41,072 nucleotides of DNA from Candidatus Bathyarchaeota archaeon. Its GTDB lineage: Archaea > Thermoproteota > DRAE01. Of the stretch, positions 12,514-22,396 are shown piece after piece. Each line of letters begins with the position of its first letter. Within the stretch, counting starts at the first letter, position 1. Under the pieces are notes generated by a model. That model searched no databases. It had not been told where the DNA came from and saw nothing but the letters and a program-made list of their open reading frames with translations. Where the stretch lies: contig DRAE01000043.1 in NCBI GenBank assembly GCA_011041895.1, forward strand, positions 1 to 41,072. The letters are read 5' to 3'. Position numbers and translations under genes: made by a program.

Positions 12514-13210
12514 CTACAACCCACCTATATACTTCATGATCGTCATAAGTTTCTACACCTGCCTTCTTAAAGAAGTAATTAATATTTTTGATGTCACGGA
12601 AAAGGAACTCGTATGCGAGAGGATGAGATAATGGAACAGCCTGACCCATATCTATGAAGTATGGGTCACCTTTAAAAACCATAACATTAAACTCACTTAG
12701 ATCAGAGTGAACCAACTTTGCCCTATCATGCAGTAACTTAATGTTCTCAAGAATTTTCTCGTAGATTGAAAAATCAGGGTTTTTATAATCCTTTAGAAGA
12801 GGGGCGGGGGCACCTTCCTCCCCTATAAATCGCATTACAAGAATATTTTTATAGACTAGAATGGGTTCCGGTACAAAAACTCCCGCCTTGAAAGCCTTTT
12901 TGAGATTCTTAAATTCCTTTGAAGCCCAAAGTATTCTAATATGGTACCTATGTTTTTTAAAGGATTGGAAACGAGGGTCACCCTCAATATACTTCCAAAT
13001 ACCTTTTACAAAGGTAGCTGTAAATGTCCGGTATATTTTGACAGCATATTCATTAGAGTTCCCAATGGCATAAAGCACACATGCTTCCTTTCCAGTGCTT
13101 ATGAACCCATATACCTTTGATAAAATTCCTTTGTCTATTAGGTGTAAAAGAGCTTTCAGTGTTGACGGGTCAAAGACTTCACTTAAAACCTCCCACTCAA
13201 CCTTTTCCAT
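12506..13210 (-). CDS. rio1: RIO-type serine/threonine protein kinase
   Basis: 234 aa. Motifs STGKEA..V, VKIYR, LVHSDLSEFN and IDMGQAV are typical of RIO kinases. Confidence 0.85.
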   Translation of the reverse strand: MEKVEWEVLSEVFDPSTLKALLHLIDKGILSKVYGFISTGKEACVLYAIGNSNEYAVKIYRTFTATFVKGIWKYIEGDPRFQSFKKHRYHIRILWASKEFKNLKKAFKAGVFVPEPILVYKNILVMRFIGEEGAPAPLLKDYKNPDFSIYEKILENIKLLHDRAKLVHSDLSEFNVMVFKGDPYFIDMGQAVPLSHPLAYEFLFRDIKNINYFFKKAGVETYDDHEVYRWVVGE

Positions 13211-13220
13211 TTAAGGTCTC

Positions 13221-13568
13221 CTACATGAAACCCTCTGTAACCTCCATAAAAGTCTCATCCTTTATATATCCCTTAGCTTTAAGCCTTCTCAGTTCAGTTT
13301 TATCATATCTATAAAGGAGATCGCATCTCGATGGTTGAAACTCCCATGGAGCAACTAAAACAATGTCCCCCACCTTAATCCAGAATCTTCTTTGAAGGTG
13401 ACCGGCTATCCTACATATCCTTATTTCACCATCCTCACATAGAACTTCTAAAAGCTTTCCACCAAGTTTTCTCAACACCTTCGCTAGCATCTCACCTTCC
13501 ATGGGGACTCTAAGCTTTCCAGTTTCAGCTTCAGCTTTAGCCTTCCTCTTTCTTCTTCTCCTGCTCAT
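13221..13568 (-). CDS. eif1A: Translation initiation factor aIF-1A
   Basis: 115 aa. Basic N-terminus followed by an S1-like OB fold (GEMLAKVLRKLGGKLLEVLCEDGEIRICRIAG...I.VGDIVLV). Confidence 0.9.
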   Translation of the reverse strand: MSRRRRKRKAKAEAETGKLRVPMEGEMLAKVLRKLGGKLLEVLCEDGEIRICRIAGHLQRRFWIKVGDIVLVAPWEFQPSRCDLLYRYDKTELRRLKAKGYIKDETFMEVTEGFM

Positions 13569-13987
13569 ATTCTCCTCACCGGCGTCCTAGCCCCGCATGC
13601 TTCACATACGACAAATAAAACGCGTTTCTCCTTTACTAATCTTGTATCAGGTCTTTTACACTCATGACATATGACATATTCATCTATAAACCTCTTTAAA
13701 GCGGAGGCTATAGCTCTTGGATTTATAATACCTTGAATAACGGCTTGCCCACGTTCAATGCTTCCTGCAGAGGCAATCTCTTTAAGCACATATCTTAGAA
13801 CAATTCTCGGATCTCTATTCAGCTTCTCACAGATCTCCTGGAAGTTCTTTATGAAGGTTCTTTTACCGATATGATAAACTAGAATCCCGGGAACCTCGAA
13901 TCTCTCCCTTTTAATGATTTTGGGAGGGAGATTTTTGTGAGCTCTTTCAAGCATTTCCTCATATGTGTAAGGCCAATCGCTACTCAA
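13565..13987 (-). CDS. eif2b: Translation initiation factor aIF-2 beta subunit
   Basis: 140 aa. C-terminal zinc ribbon C.EC..PDT......R...VCEACGA. ATGA overlap with the aIF1A gene. Confidence 0.9.
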   Translation of the reverse strand: MSSDWPYTYEEMLERAHKNLPPKIIKRERFEVPGILVYHIGKRTFIKNFQEICEKLNRDPRIVLRYVLKEIASAGSIERGQAVIQGIINPRAIASALKRFIDEYVICHECKRPDTRLVKEKRVLFVVCEACGARTPVRRI

Positions 13988-14079
13988 ACTATAACCCCTC
14001 CTCCGACTTTATTAGTATGAAAGTATTTAACAAGAATATAAAATAAAGGAATTGGAAACACTTGCAAGAATGATGTAAA
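13988..14079. promoter_or_regulatory. Divergent intergenic promoter region (aIF2beta operon / SRP54 operon)
   Basis: A 92-nt AT-rich spacer between divergent genes. It has TATA-like elements aatataaaataaagg and ctttattagtatg. Transcription start sites are unknown. Confidence 0.35.
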
Positions 14080-15432
14080 ATGCTTGAGCATCTTAGCAAG
14101 GCCATACGCAATATAATAGATAAAGTTTCTAGGAGTAGAATTGTAGACAAACAACTTCTAAACAGTATCATAATAGACCTGCAGAGAGCACTGCTCATGT
14201 CCGATGTTAACGTGAACACAGTACTACAGATCTCTGAGAACATAAGAGAGAAGTTTGAGAAGAGTAAGCTTCCAGAGGGAATAGACAAGAGAAAGTATAT
14301 TCTTAAGCTAATTTACGATGAGCTAATAAACCTTCTAGGAGGGGAGTATTCAGAAGAACTCAAAATACAAACCGGCAAAACGAACATTTTCATGTTCGTT
14401 GGTATACAAGGTTCCGGGAAAACCACTACCGTAGGCAAGGTAGCTTACATGCTTAAGAAGAGAGGGTTGAAAGTTGGCATTGTCTGTGCAGATACTTTTA
14501 GACCAGCAGCACTTCAGCAATTAAGACAGCTTGTCAAGGAGTATAATATACCCGTTTATGGAGAAGAAGGTGGAGAAGACGCTGTAAAGATAGCTTTGAA
14601 TGGAATAGAGCACTTTAGAAAGCAAGGTGTAGACGTTATTCTAATAGACACCAGTGGAAGACATAAGGAGGAGAAGGGGCTTCTAGAGGAGATGAAAAAA
14701 TTAGCATCAGCTGTAAACCCTACGGAGATAATTCTAGTAATTGATGCCTCTATAGGGCAGCAAGCCTATTCCCAAGCTAAAGCTTTCCATGAGGCTACAC
14801 CTATAGGGAGTATTATTGTTACAAAGCTCGATGGAACGGCAAAGGGTGGAGGGTGCCTGTCAGCAGTAGCCGCTACTGGAGCTAGGATCAAGTACATTGG
14901 GACAGGAGAAAGAATCTGGGATCTTGAAAAATTCAATCCACCATCCTTTGTTAGAAGAATCACTGGAATGGGAGACCTAAGGGAGCTCTCAAGAAAGCTC
15001 GAAGAACTCTTAAAAGAGAAAGAGCTTGAGGAAATGAAAGTTGATACAAGTAAGATCTTGAAAGGAGATTTTACAATAGAGGAAATGGTCAAATATCTAG
15101 AGAGCATAAGAAAGTTTGGGCGATTGAAAAAAATAGTTTCAATGCTGCCTTTTGGGCATAGCGTACCAGATGAAATACTTGAGAAAACCGAGGAGGATAT
15201 TGGAAAGTGGAAGTATATAATTCAGTCTATGACAAAAGAGGAGAAAAAACATCCTGAGATCGTTAAGAGAAGCCGCATAGCAAGGATAGCTAGAGGAGCT
15301 GGAGTCTCCGAGGAAGATGTGAAAAAACTGCTTAATCAATATTCTCTAATGAAGAAAATGATTAAGAGACTGAGAAAATCTAGATTGAGAAAAATGGGTT
15401 TATTTAAGATGATTGAAGGATACGGATACTAA
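14080..15432 (+). CDS. srp54: Signal recognition particle protein SRP54
   Basis: 450 aa. GTPase motifs GIQGSGKTTT, DTSGR and TKLDG, plus a Met-rich C-terminal M domain. Confidence 0.95.
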   Translation: MLEHLSKAIRNIIDKVSRSRIVDKQLLNSIIIDLQRALLMSDVNVNTVLQISENIREKFEKSKLPEGIDKRKYILKLIYDELINLLGGEYSEELKIQTGKTNIFMFVGIQGSGKTTTVGKVAYMLKKRGLKVGIVCADTFRPAALQQLRQLVKEYNIPVYGEEGGEDAVKIALNGIEHFRKQGVDVILIDTSGRHKEEKGLLEEMKKLASAVNPTEIILVIDASIGQQAYSQAKAFHEATPIGSIIVTKLDGTAKGGGCLSAVAATGARIKYIGTGERIWDLEKFNPPSFVRRITGMGDLRELSRKLEELLKEKELEEMKVDTSKILKGDFTIEEMVKYLESIRKFGRLKKIVSMLPFGHSVPDEILEKTEEDIGKWKYIIQSMTKEEKKHPEIVKRSRIARIARGAGVSEEDVKKLLNQYSLMKKMIKRLRKSRLRKMGLFKMIEGYGY

Positions 15433-15433
15433 A

Positions 15434-16678
15434 ATGCTAGTGAAACTTTTCAACATCCTACGTGAGAAGATTCTTTGTGAACACTGTACTGGGAGACTCA
15501 TAGGCAAAACTTGGCCTACTCTAACTTACAGAGAGAAAGGTTTACTTCTGAAAGCAATTATCTACGCTTACTCAGTTAACATAGGTAACCCCTCGGAGAA
15601 CATCGTCGAAAGAAAGCCCTGTGAAATCTGCGAGAACATATTTGACACGATAAATGTCGATGATCTACTTGAGAAGGTTAATGCCATCTTAGAGGAATAT
15701 GAATGCGATACTTTTTCAACAGGTGTAAGTATACCAAAGAGAATAATTGAAAAGGAAATTACCGTTCAAAAAACTCTACCTAGTGAAATGTACGTTCCCT
15801 TAAAAAGGGAGTTAAATTTACTCCTCAGGAAAGTGCTTCTTGAAAAAACTGGTAGAAAAATCGACGTAAACAATCCTGACATAGTATTTATATTTGACGT
15901 TTACAGGAATGAAGTTAATGCCATAATTAACCCCCTTTACATTTATGGAAGGTATAGAAAATACTCCAGAAAACTTCCCCAAGCAATATGGTTCTGCCCT
16001 ACCTGTAGGGGGAGAGGATGTAGCAGGTGTAATTGGACCGGAAGAAAATATCCGACAGCGATAAATGAGCTTATTGGCAAACCTCTAATGGAGCTCTGTA
16101 ACGCTGAAGACTACAAGTTTCATGGAAGTGGACGGGAGGATGTCGATGTTAGGATGCTAGGCTCTGGGAGGCCATTCATAGTTGAACTGATAAAACCTAA
16201 GATTAGGAATATAGACCTTGAAAGCGCTGAGAAAGCAATCAATGAACAAGCAAATGGACTAATAGAAGTTTTTGGGCTCAGGATATCAAGTAGCGCCGAA
16301 GTTGAAAAACTGAAAGAGAGAGCGAAGATGACAGGGAAAGTTTATGGAGCATTGATTGAATCCAGGGATCCTATAGATGAAAATAAGTTGGAAAGACTAG
16401 AGCAAATATTCCATAACACATTGATTAAACAAAGAACTCCAACAAGAGTACTCCACAGGAGAGCTGACAAAGTAAGACATAAAATGGTCTATATAGTAAA
16501 AATACTTCCAATAGATAAGAAAATGTTTTATGCAACCATATACTGCCAGGGAGGGCTCTATGTCAAGGAGTTGATAACTGGAGACTATGGGCGAACGAAA
16601 CCGTCATTTTCAAAAGCATTAAATAAGTCATTAAAGGTAATTAAATTAGACGTATTAGGCGTTGAGAGGTATACATAA
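15434..16678 (+). CDS. pus10: tRNA pseudouridine(54/55) synthase Pus10
   Basis: The ORF track starts at TTG 15413; ATG 15434 is more likely. N-terminal CxxC zinc motifs, a THUMP-like region, and the C-terminal catalytic motif GREDVDVRMLG..RPF together with RTPTRVLHRR. Confidence 0.85.
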   Translation: MLVKLFNILREKILCEHCTGRLIGKTWPTLTYREKGLLLKAIIYAYSVNIGNPSENIVERKPCEICENIFDTINVDDLLEKVNAILEEYECDTFSTGVSIPKRIIEKEITVQKTLPSEMYVPLKRELNLLLRKVLLEKTGRKIDVNNPDIVFIFDVYRNEVNAIINPLYIYGRYRKYSRKLPQAIWFCPTCRGRGCSRCNWTGRKYPTAINELIGKPLMELCNAEDYKFHGSGREDVDVRMLGSGRPFIVELIKPKIRNIDLESAEKAINEQANGLIEVFGLRISSSAEVEKLKERAKMTGKVYGALIESRDPIDENKLERLEQIFHNTLIKQRTPTRVLHRRADKVRHKMVYIVKILPIDKKMFYATIYCQGGLYVKELITGDYGRTKPSFSKALNKSLKVIKLDVLGVERYT

Positions 16679-16983
16679 TGGCTGGGAAATCCGGGGGACC
16701 AAGGTATCATACCAGACACCTCTTCAGGAAGAGGCCTAGAGAAAGGGGGTTACAGCCACTAGGTAGATTACTTAGGATACTCGAGGAAGTAGATGTAGGA
16801 ACAAAGGTGTGTATAGTCACGGATCCCTCTGTTCACAAAGGAATGCCGTTCAAGAGATTCCACGGTAAAGTTGGGACAGTTATCGAGAAAAGAGGGAGAG
16901 CTTACGTAGTTTTAGTTAGAGATGGAGGAAAATATAAGAAGGTTATTGTAAGACCCGAGCACCTTAGGATACACGAAGGATAA
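16678..16983 (+). CDS. rpl21e: 50S ribosomal protein L21e (eL21)
   Basis: 101 aa. GPRYHTRHLFRK...G.V..DPS.HKGMP...FHGK.G.V matches the L21e family. Confidence 0.9.
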   Translation: MAGKSGGPRYHTRHLFRKRPRERGLQPLGRLLRILEEVDVGTKVCIVTDPSVHKGMPFKRFHGKVGTVIEKRGRAYVVLVRDGGKYKKVIVRPEHLRIHEG

Positions 16984-16994
16984 GGTGATTGGTT

Positions 16995-17321
16995 ATGGCT
17001 AAAATTAAAAGAATGGATCCCATCACGACAGCTGAAGCTCGCACTTTGCTGGAGCGTGAAGAAGAGAATCTTAACACATTTCAGGAAGATGTACTCCGGT
17101 ACTTAAGAAAATTCTCTAAATTAGGGGAGGAAAAAGCCAAAGAGCTTGTTGAGAGACTTGAAAAAGATTTCAACATAGACAAGTATGTGGCTGTTCAGAT
17201 AGTTAATATAATGCCTGAGGATGTGAACACACTGAAAGTTCTTCTACCAACAGGGCTTCTAATAAGTGAAGACACTCTGAAAAAAATCGTTGATGTCATT
17301 AGCGAATATAGAGAGAAGTGA
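16995..17321 (+). CDS. rpoF: DNA-directed RNA polymerase subunit F (Rpo4/Rpb4)
   Basis: About 108 aa and helical. Sits in the conserved archaeal cluster L21e-RpoF-DUF655-KsgA. Confidence 0.75.
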   Translation: MAKIKRMDPITTAEARTLLEREEENLNTFQEDVLRYLRKFSKLGEEKAKELVERLEKDFNIDKYVAVQIVNIMPEDVNTLKVLLPTGLLISEDTLKKIVDVISEYREK

Positions 17322-17908
17322 AGAAAATGCACAGACCTTTTGAAAGAGTTTATGAAAATGTAGCCTATGTACTGGATTATCTTCCCACCGGATATCCTCA
17401 TGATACTCGCCCTCTAAGCTTGAGAGAACCCATTTTACAGCTTGTTGGAAGAGATTACTTTATGCTACTTGAAGCTGTTCCAAGAAAAACATTCAAGGAT
17501 TTCAAACTACATGAAAGAGTAGTTGTTGGTAGAGCAAGGGTTAAAGTTGACAGAATCACCCGTAGGCTAACTTACGATGAGTTAACTTCAACGGCTAAAA
17601 CAGAACTTCCATACGCTATCGTGGAAATAATAAAGGAAACCGAGGATAGATTCGTAAAATTTCTCAACACATGTAGTTTAGTTTCGATGAGGACACACGC
17701 TTTAGAACTGCTTCCTGGAATAGGAAAGAAGACGGCCATGAAAATTTTAGAGGAGAGAAGGAGAGCTCCATTCAAGTCGCTAGAGGACTTTAAGAAAAGA
17801 ACTGGAATCAGCAATGTAATGGACATACTTGTTGAAAGGATAGTAGAGGAAATCAAGGGTAAAACCAGACATTACTTCTTCGTCTATAGGCCACTTGCTC
17901 AAAGATGA
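17318..17908 (+). CDS. DUF655 helix-hairpin-helix nucleic-acid-binding protein
   Basis: 196 aa. Motifs YAYVLDYLP.G and LLPGIGKKTA (HhH). Conserved position between rpoF and ksgA. The start could be ATG 17327. Confidence 0.75.
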   Translation: MKKMHRPFERVYENVAYVLDYLPTGYPHDTRPLSLREPILQLVGRDYFMLLEAVPRKTFKDFKLHERVVVGRARVKVDRITRRLTYDELTSTAKTELPYAIVEIIKETEDRFVKFLNTCSLVSMRTHALELLPGIGKKTAMKILEERRRAPFKSLEDFKKRTGISNVMDILVERIVEEIKGKTRHYFFVYRPLAQR

Positions 17909-18726
17909 GTATAGAAATCTCTAGAAGCTTCGTAATTAGAACACTTAGAAGATTAAAGATAAAACCTAGGTGGTATAAGGGGCAGGTTTTCATCTGTGAC
18001 CCATACCCATTTTATAGGCTTGTCAACTTAGCCAACGTCACCTCTAGTGATGTCGTATATGAGATTGGTTCAGGATTAGGCTTTTTAACCAGTATTCTAG
18101 CACAGAAGGCTAAAAAAGTGATAAGCATAGAAATCGAGCGTAAGTTCTATAATTTTTGCAAGGGCATTTTCAAACGCATAGATAACATTGAACTAGTGCT
18201 AGGGGATGCCACCAAGCATCCCGTGCCTAGAGAAGCTAATAAAGTGGTGTCAAGCATACCCTACTCCATTTCTAAGGCAATATTTCTAAAATTGGTGAAG
18301 GCCACCAACATAGAGACAATTGCAATCATATGCCAGAAGGAATTCTATGAAAAGGTTACAGCTAAACCAAGAGAGAGCAGATACGGATATCTTTCCATAC
18401 TCTGCAAGATGCTTATGGAAAACGTGTATAAGGAGACTATCCCACAAGAGTATTTTTATCCTAGGCCAAAGGTTACAAGCGTAATTGCAGTCTTCAAAAG
18501 AAAAAAGAATTCTCCTTTGGATGAAGGAGAGATAGAATTATTTATAGACTTCCTCAAGGCAATTTTCACTTACAGGAGAAAAAAATTGAAGAAAGCCTTG
18601 AAAATTTCAGGCATTGAAGATGTAGAGCGTATCGACGAGAACCTTCTCGATAAACCAGTTCTGCTCTTAGAGCCCTCAGAAGCTTTAGAGGTATTCAAGG
18701 CAATAGAACCAATATATAGCTCCTAG
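17905..18726 (+). CDS. rsmA: 16S rRNA (adenine-N6,N6)-dimethyltransferase KsgA/Dim1
   Basis: 273 aa. SAM-binding motif VYEIGSGLGFLT, the IPY motif (SSIPYSIS), and FYPRPKV. Confidence 0.85.
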   Translation: MSIEISRSFVIRTLRRLKIKPRWYKGQVFICDPYPFYRLVNLANVTSSDVVYEIGSGLGFLTSILAQKAKKVISIEIERKFYNFCKGIFKRIDNIELVLGDATKHPVPREANKVVSSIPYSISKAIFLKLVKATNIETIAIICQKEFYEKVTAKPRESRYGYLSILCKMLMENVYKETIPQEYFYPRPKVTSVIAVFKRKKNSPLDEGEIELFIDFLKAIFTYRRKKLKKALKISGIEDVERIDENLLDKPVLLLEPSEALEVFKAIEPIYSS

Positions 18727-18742
18727 GGATTATTTAATTCAA

Positions 18743-19252
18743 ATGCCCAAGCGACCAGCACGTTGCTATACCAAAATAAGTAGCCCTCCATACACCAGAA
18801 AAGAATATATTCATGGAGTACCTGCCCCAGAGATTAGAATGTTCGAAATGGGGAACACCAAGGAAAAGGACAAGTTCAGGGCATGGGTCCATCTCTACGC
18901 TATAGAGCCAGGAAATATAAGAGCAAGAAGCTTAGAAGCTGCAAGAAAAGCTGCAAACTATGTGTTGAAAAAACTTGGGAGAAATGCATACTTTCTGAAG
19001 ATATGTGTATATCCACATCATGTCCTAAGGGAAAATAAGATGATGAGCGGAGCAGGAGCCGACAGAGTGCAGAAGGGAATGCGACTAGCATTCGGCAAAC
19101 CTATTGAGACAGCAGCTCACATAAGGAAAGAAACATTAATTATGGAGGCAGCATCGCATGTGGAAAACCTCGAACATCTAAAAGAGGCGATAAGAAGGGC
19201 TTCACATAAGATTCCTTTAAAGACAAGAATTGTTGTTGAAGTAAAGAAGTGA
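18743..19252 (+). CDS. rpl10e: 50S ribosomal protein L10e (uL16)
   Basis: 169 aa. RPARCY......PYTRKEYI.GVP and M.GAGADR...GMR.AFGKP match the family. Confidence 0.9.
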   Translation: MPKRPARCYTKISSPPYTRKEYIHGVPAPEIRMFEMGNTKEKDKFRAWVHLYAIEPGNIRARSLEAARKAANYVLKKLGRNAYFLKICVYPHHVLRENKMMSGAGADRVQKGMRLAFGKPIETAAHIRKETLIMEAASHVENLEHLKEAIRRASHKIPLKTRIVVEVKK

Positions 19253-20262
19253 CCCTAAAGAATCGTACATTTGAAATCCCAAGAATAGAACTGGAAAAAA
19301 TACTTGAGAAAACAGACTTCGACGCTGTTCTTCTGGAAGTGCCAGACGGTGTAAAACATCTCATACCCGAAATTTTGGAAATTATAAGGAAGAAAAAACA
19401 TGAAGCGAAAGTTTACATATCAGGAGAGGGATGTTACGGTTTATGCTATATCGAAGACTGTGAAGCAAAAACTATTGGGGTAGACTTGGTGATCAATATA
19501 GGGCACGTCTATAAGATGAACATTAAAAAACATGATGATTTAACGATAATACATGTTCCGCTTTTGGTAAAGAAAGCTAAACAGATAAAAGGAAAAATTA
19601 AGGAGTTTATAGAAAAGAAACTCTATCATTTGATCAGGAAATATAGATATATTGCGCTGTCATCAACCGTGGAGCATTATATTTTTATGCAAGACTTTAG
19701 AAGACAGCTTGAAAAGATGCATTTTAAAGTTTTCATTGGAGAAAGTGGATCTCTTGAAAAGGGGTTAATTATAGGATGTGACTACTCTAACCCAATGTCA
19801 TTAGACGATAAGTGCGATGTGCATGTGATACTTGCTAGTGGCAGATTTCACGGACTGGGATTAGCCATGAACACGAGGAAAAAAGTCATTGTAGCTGACA
19901 TCTTGAATTGGGAAACATTAACGTTTACCGAAGAAGAGATAGGAAAGATAAAGAAAAAGCGAATGGCTGCTCTAGGAAAGATGCTTAATGCAAGGAGGAT
20001 AGGGATAATAGTTGGAACAACGATGGGACAGAGAAGAATGAGAGAGGCGGAAAAGATAGCAGAGACATTAAGCAAGAGAGGATTTCAAGCAGATATTATT
20101 GTGATGAAGGAGGTCAGTGGAATAAAACTACTGAACTTGATGCATGTATATGATGCCTTCGTAGTGTGTTCGTGCCCTAGGATAGCCTTTGACAAAGAGT
20201 ATGAAGAGTTGAAAATACCAATCATATTACCAGATGAATTGTATGAGGTGTTAGAGGGATAG
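19249..20262 (+). CDS. dph2: Diphthamide synthesis protein Dph2 (2-(3-amino-3-carboxypropyl)histidine synthase)
   Basis: 337 aa. Three-domain Dph2 pattern with conserved Cys positions (GEGCYGLC, IIGCD, VCSCPRIA). The conserved neighbour csl4 follows. Confidence 0.8.
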   Translation: MTLKNRTFEIPRIELEKILEKTDFDAVLLEVPDGVKHLIPEILEIIRKKKHEAKVYISGEGCYGLCYIEDCEAKTIGVDLVINIGHVYKMNIKKHDDLTIIHVPLLVKKAKQIKGKIKEFIEKKLYHLIRKYRYIALSSTVEHYIFMQDFRRQLEKMHFKVFIGESGSLEKGLIIGCDYSNPMSLDDKCDVHVILASGRFHGLGLAMNTRKKVIVADILNWETLTFTEEEIGKIKKKRMAALGKMLNARRIGIIVGTTMGQRRMREAEKIAETLSKRGFQADIIVMKEVSGIKLLNLMHVYDAFVVCSCPRIAFDKEYEELKIPIILPDELYEVLEG

Positions 20263-20264
20263 AC

Positions 20265-20870
20265 ATGAAAGGAAGAAAATCCAAGGAGGAGAGAATGGAT
20301 AAAATTGTAATACCCGGTGACAAGGTAGGAATAACTGAGGAACTCGAGCCGTTAGAGAACGTTTACACGCACAGGGGGAATCTATTCTCAAGCACAATAG
20401 GGACAATTGATATAGATGTTGAAAATAAGAGAATATCAGTGAGAGGATTAACTGAAGTTAACATACCTAGGAAAGATATGCGAGTATATGCACAGATAGT
20501 ACACGTGGATCAAAAATATGCGGTATGTAAGATTATAAGAGATGACAAGAGAAAACTTAAAAGGACATTTACAGCATTCCTGTTAATTTCCGACGTAAGT
20601 AGTAAACATATACCCGACATGTTTTATGCTGTGAGACAGAATGACATAATCTATGCTAGAGTGCTTTCCAATAAAATGCCACCCTTTTCGATTTCTACAA
20701 GAGGAAAACTTTTCGGAGTCGTCCTTGCATACTGTCAAAATTGCGCCGTGTATATGAAGAAGAAAAAGGGAAATGAAGTGCAGTGCCCCATATGCAAAAC
20801 TATAGAAAAGAGAAAGCTCTCGATAAACTATGGAAAGGTTCCGGTGGACATTATCCTAAGAAAAAACTGA
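20265..20870 (+). CDS. csl4: Exosome complex RNA-binding subunit Csl4
   Basis: N-terminal PGD motif, central S1-like domain, and C-terminal zinc ribbon C.NC....C.IC. ATG 20295 is preceded by GGAGG at 5-nt spacing and may be the true start. Confidence 0.8.
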   Translation: MKGRKSKEERMDKIVIPGDKVGITEELEPLENVYTHRGNLFSSTIGTIDIDVENKRISVRGLTEVNIPRKDMRVYAQIVHVDQKYAVCKIIRDDKRKLKRTFTAFLLISDVSSKHIPDMFYAVRQNDIIYARVLSNKMPPFSISTRGKLFGVVLAYCQNCAVYMKKKKGNEVQCPICKTIEKRKLSINYGKVPVDIILRKN

Positions 20871-20917
20871 AATTGTGAGAAGAACACTTATATTGATGTG
20901 CCATAACTTTAAAAAGT

Positions 20918-21208
20918 ATGAGCACCCAAATGAAGGTAAGAGTACTTGAAAAAGGAAGAAACCTGCTTAAGCTCGAGATCGAGAATATAGACCCCATAAT
21001 ATTTCACATGATGAATCACCATATGGAAAACGAGCCAAATGTCGAGATTTCGGGATATCAAATAGTTCATCCAATGAGTAACAAATACGTATACATCATA
21101 AGAGTCAGGAGAGGAACTCCGAAGAAATATATGATAGAAGCCTTAGAGAAAATACTTAAAGATTTGAAGGAATTTAAAGAGGAACTTATGAGTAAAGTAA
21201 GTCGATAA
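20918..21208 (+). CDS. rpoL: DNA-directed RNA polymerase subunit L (Rpo11)
   Basis: 96 aa. Pattern E.HT/..N.L......V...GY...HP, with a conserved position after csl4. Confidence 0.8.
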   Translation: MSTQMKVRVLEKGRNLLKLEIENIDPIIFHMMNHHMENEPNVEISGYQIVHPMSNKYVYIIRVRRGTPKKYMIEALEKILKDLKEFKEELMSKVSR

Positions 21209-21228
21209 AAACTAATGAAGATGAGACA

Positions 21229-21576
21229 ATGACTTGGATAAAGTTCTGCCCTAAATGCGGTGCAATGATGGAGGTTATAAGAGAGGGAAACAGGGCTATA
21301 CTTAGATGCCCCTCTTGCGGGTACTCGTCAGAGCTCCATACGGATAAAAATCTATCTTTCACAGAGAGTGTTGAACACCCAGTTTCACGTGAGATGATTA
21401 TAGAGAGTGAGGAGCTTCAGGAGATAAGGAGGCTACCCACAGCCAGAGTTGAATGCCCAAAATGTGGCAACAATAAAGCCTATTGGTGGTTTATGCAGAC
21501 TAGAAGTCTAGACGAGCCTGAGACAAGATTTTTTAGATGCACGAAATGTGGATATACTTGGCGCGAATATGATTGA
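21229..21576 (+). CDS. tfs: Transcription factor S (TFS / RpoM family)
   Basis: 115 aa. N-terminal zinc ribbon CPKCG...CPSCG. C-terminal TFIIS-type ribbon CPKCG...QTRSLDEPET.F..CTKCG with an acidic DE hairpin. Confidence 0.9.
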   Translation: MTWIKFCPKCGAMMEVIREGNRAILRCPSCGYSSELHTDKNLSFTESVEHPVSREMIIESEELQEIRRLPTARVECPKCGNNKAYWWFMQTRSLDEPETRFFRCTKCGYTWREYD

Positions 21577-21649
21577 CCGAGAAGCCTCCGTACGCTGCAA
21601 TAAATGTAATTTAGAAAAGACCTCTAATTAAGAAAATGAGGTGGCTAAA

Positions 21650-22396
21650 ATGTTTAAGGCGACTTTGCCAAATGCTAAGGACTGGCTAAATATTGTCAAG
21701 GCCATATCGACGCTAACTGAGGAAGGAAACTTTCATGCAACATCCGAGGCAATGACGTTTAGATCACTTGACGCAAGTAGAACTGCGATGATAGATATAT
21801 ACATGCCCAAGGAAGCTTTTGATGAGTACGAGTGCACGGAGGACACATATATAGGAATGAATTTAAGTGAAATGCTTAAAGTGCTAAAACGGGTGACTAC
21901 GAGAGACAGCATAACACTTGCTTTGAAGGAAAATCTACTCGAGGTATCAATTAGAAATCGATACACAAGGGCATATGCATTACCTCTACTTGACCTCGAG
22001 ACAGAAAAATACCCCGAACCTAGCATAGAATTTAGGGCACACGCAACGTTAATTTCATCGTCATTCTACAAAGCGCTAAAGGATCTTGAAGTCATTGGAG
22101 ACAACGTTAAAATTACGATTAAACCAAGTGAAGTTACTTTTGAAACGAAAGGAGACATAGCTAAAGCATTTGCCAAGCTAGGAGGAGAGCTTGGAGAGGA
22201 CTTGATATCAATTGAATGCAGTGAAGAGGTATATGCCACATATAATCTGTCAGCTTTAACCAACATCCTGAAAGCTCTTTCAAGCATACTAGATACTATA
22301 ACGTTATCTATGTCAACTAATATGCCTCTCAGACTAAGAGGAGAAACCCCGGAAGGAATCAGGATAACGTATTATCTAGCAAGTAGAGCTGAATGA
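21650..22396 (+). CDS. pcn: DNA polymerase sliding clamp PCNA
   Basis: About 248 aa. MFKA.L.....L......L.....F......G......D.S....D pattern and a two-domain repeat. The ORF track starts at GTG 21641. Confidence 0.9.
   Translation: MFKATLPNAKDWLNIVKAISTLTEEGNFHATSEAMTFRSLDASRTAMIDIYMPKEAFDEYECTEDTYIGMNLSEMLKVLKRVTTRDSITLALKENLLEVSIRNRYTRAYALPLLDLETEKYPEPSIEFRAHATLISSSFYKALKDLEVIGDNVKITIKPSEVTFETKGDIAKAFAKLGGELGEDLISIECSEEVYATYNLSALTNILKALSSILDTITLSMSTNMPLRLRGETPEGIRITYYLASRAE

Noticed and set aside
12095-12631. 178-aa plus-strand ORF. Similar S/F/L/I-rich antisense ORFs occur at 10681..11010, 13989..14288, 14766..15107, 29288..29716, 34417..35010 and 38302..38631, among others.
   Set aside because: Each lies fully inside a well-supported gene on the opposite strand. 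Each has the low-complexity composition typical of antisense frames in AT-rich genomes.
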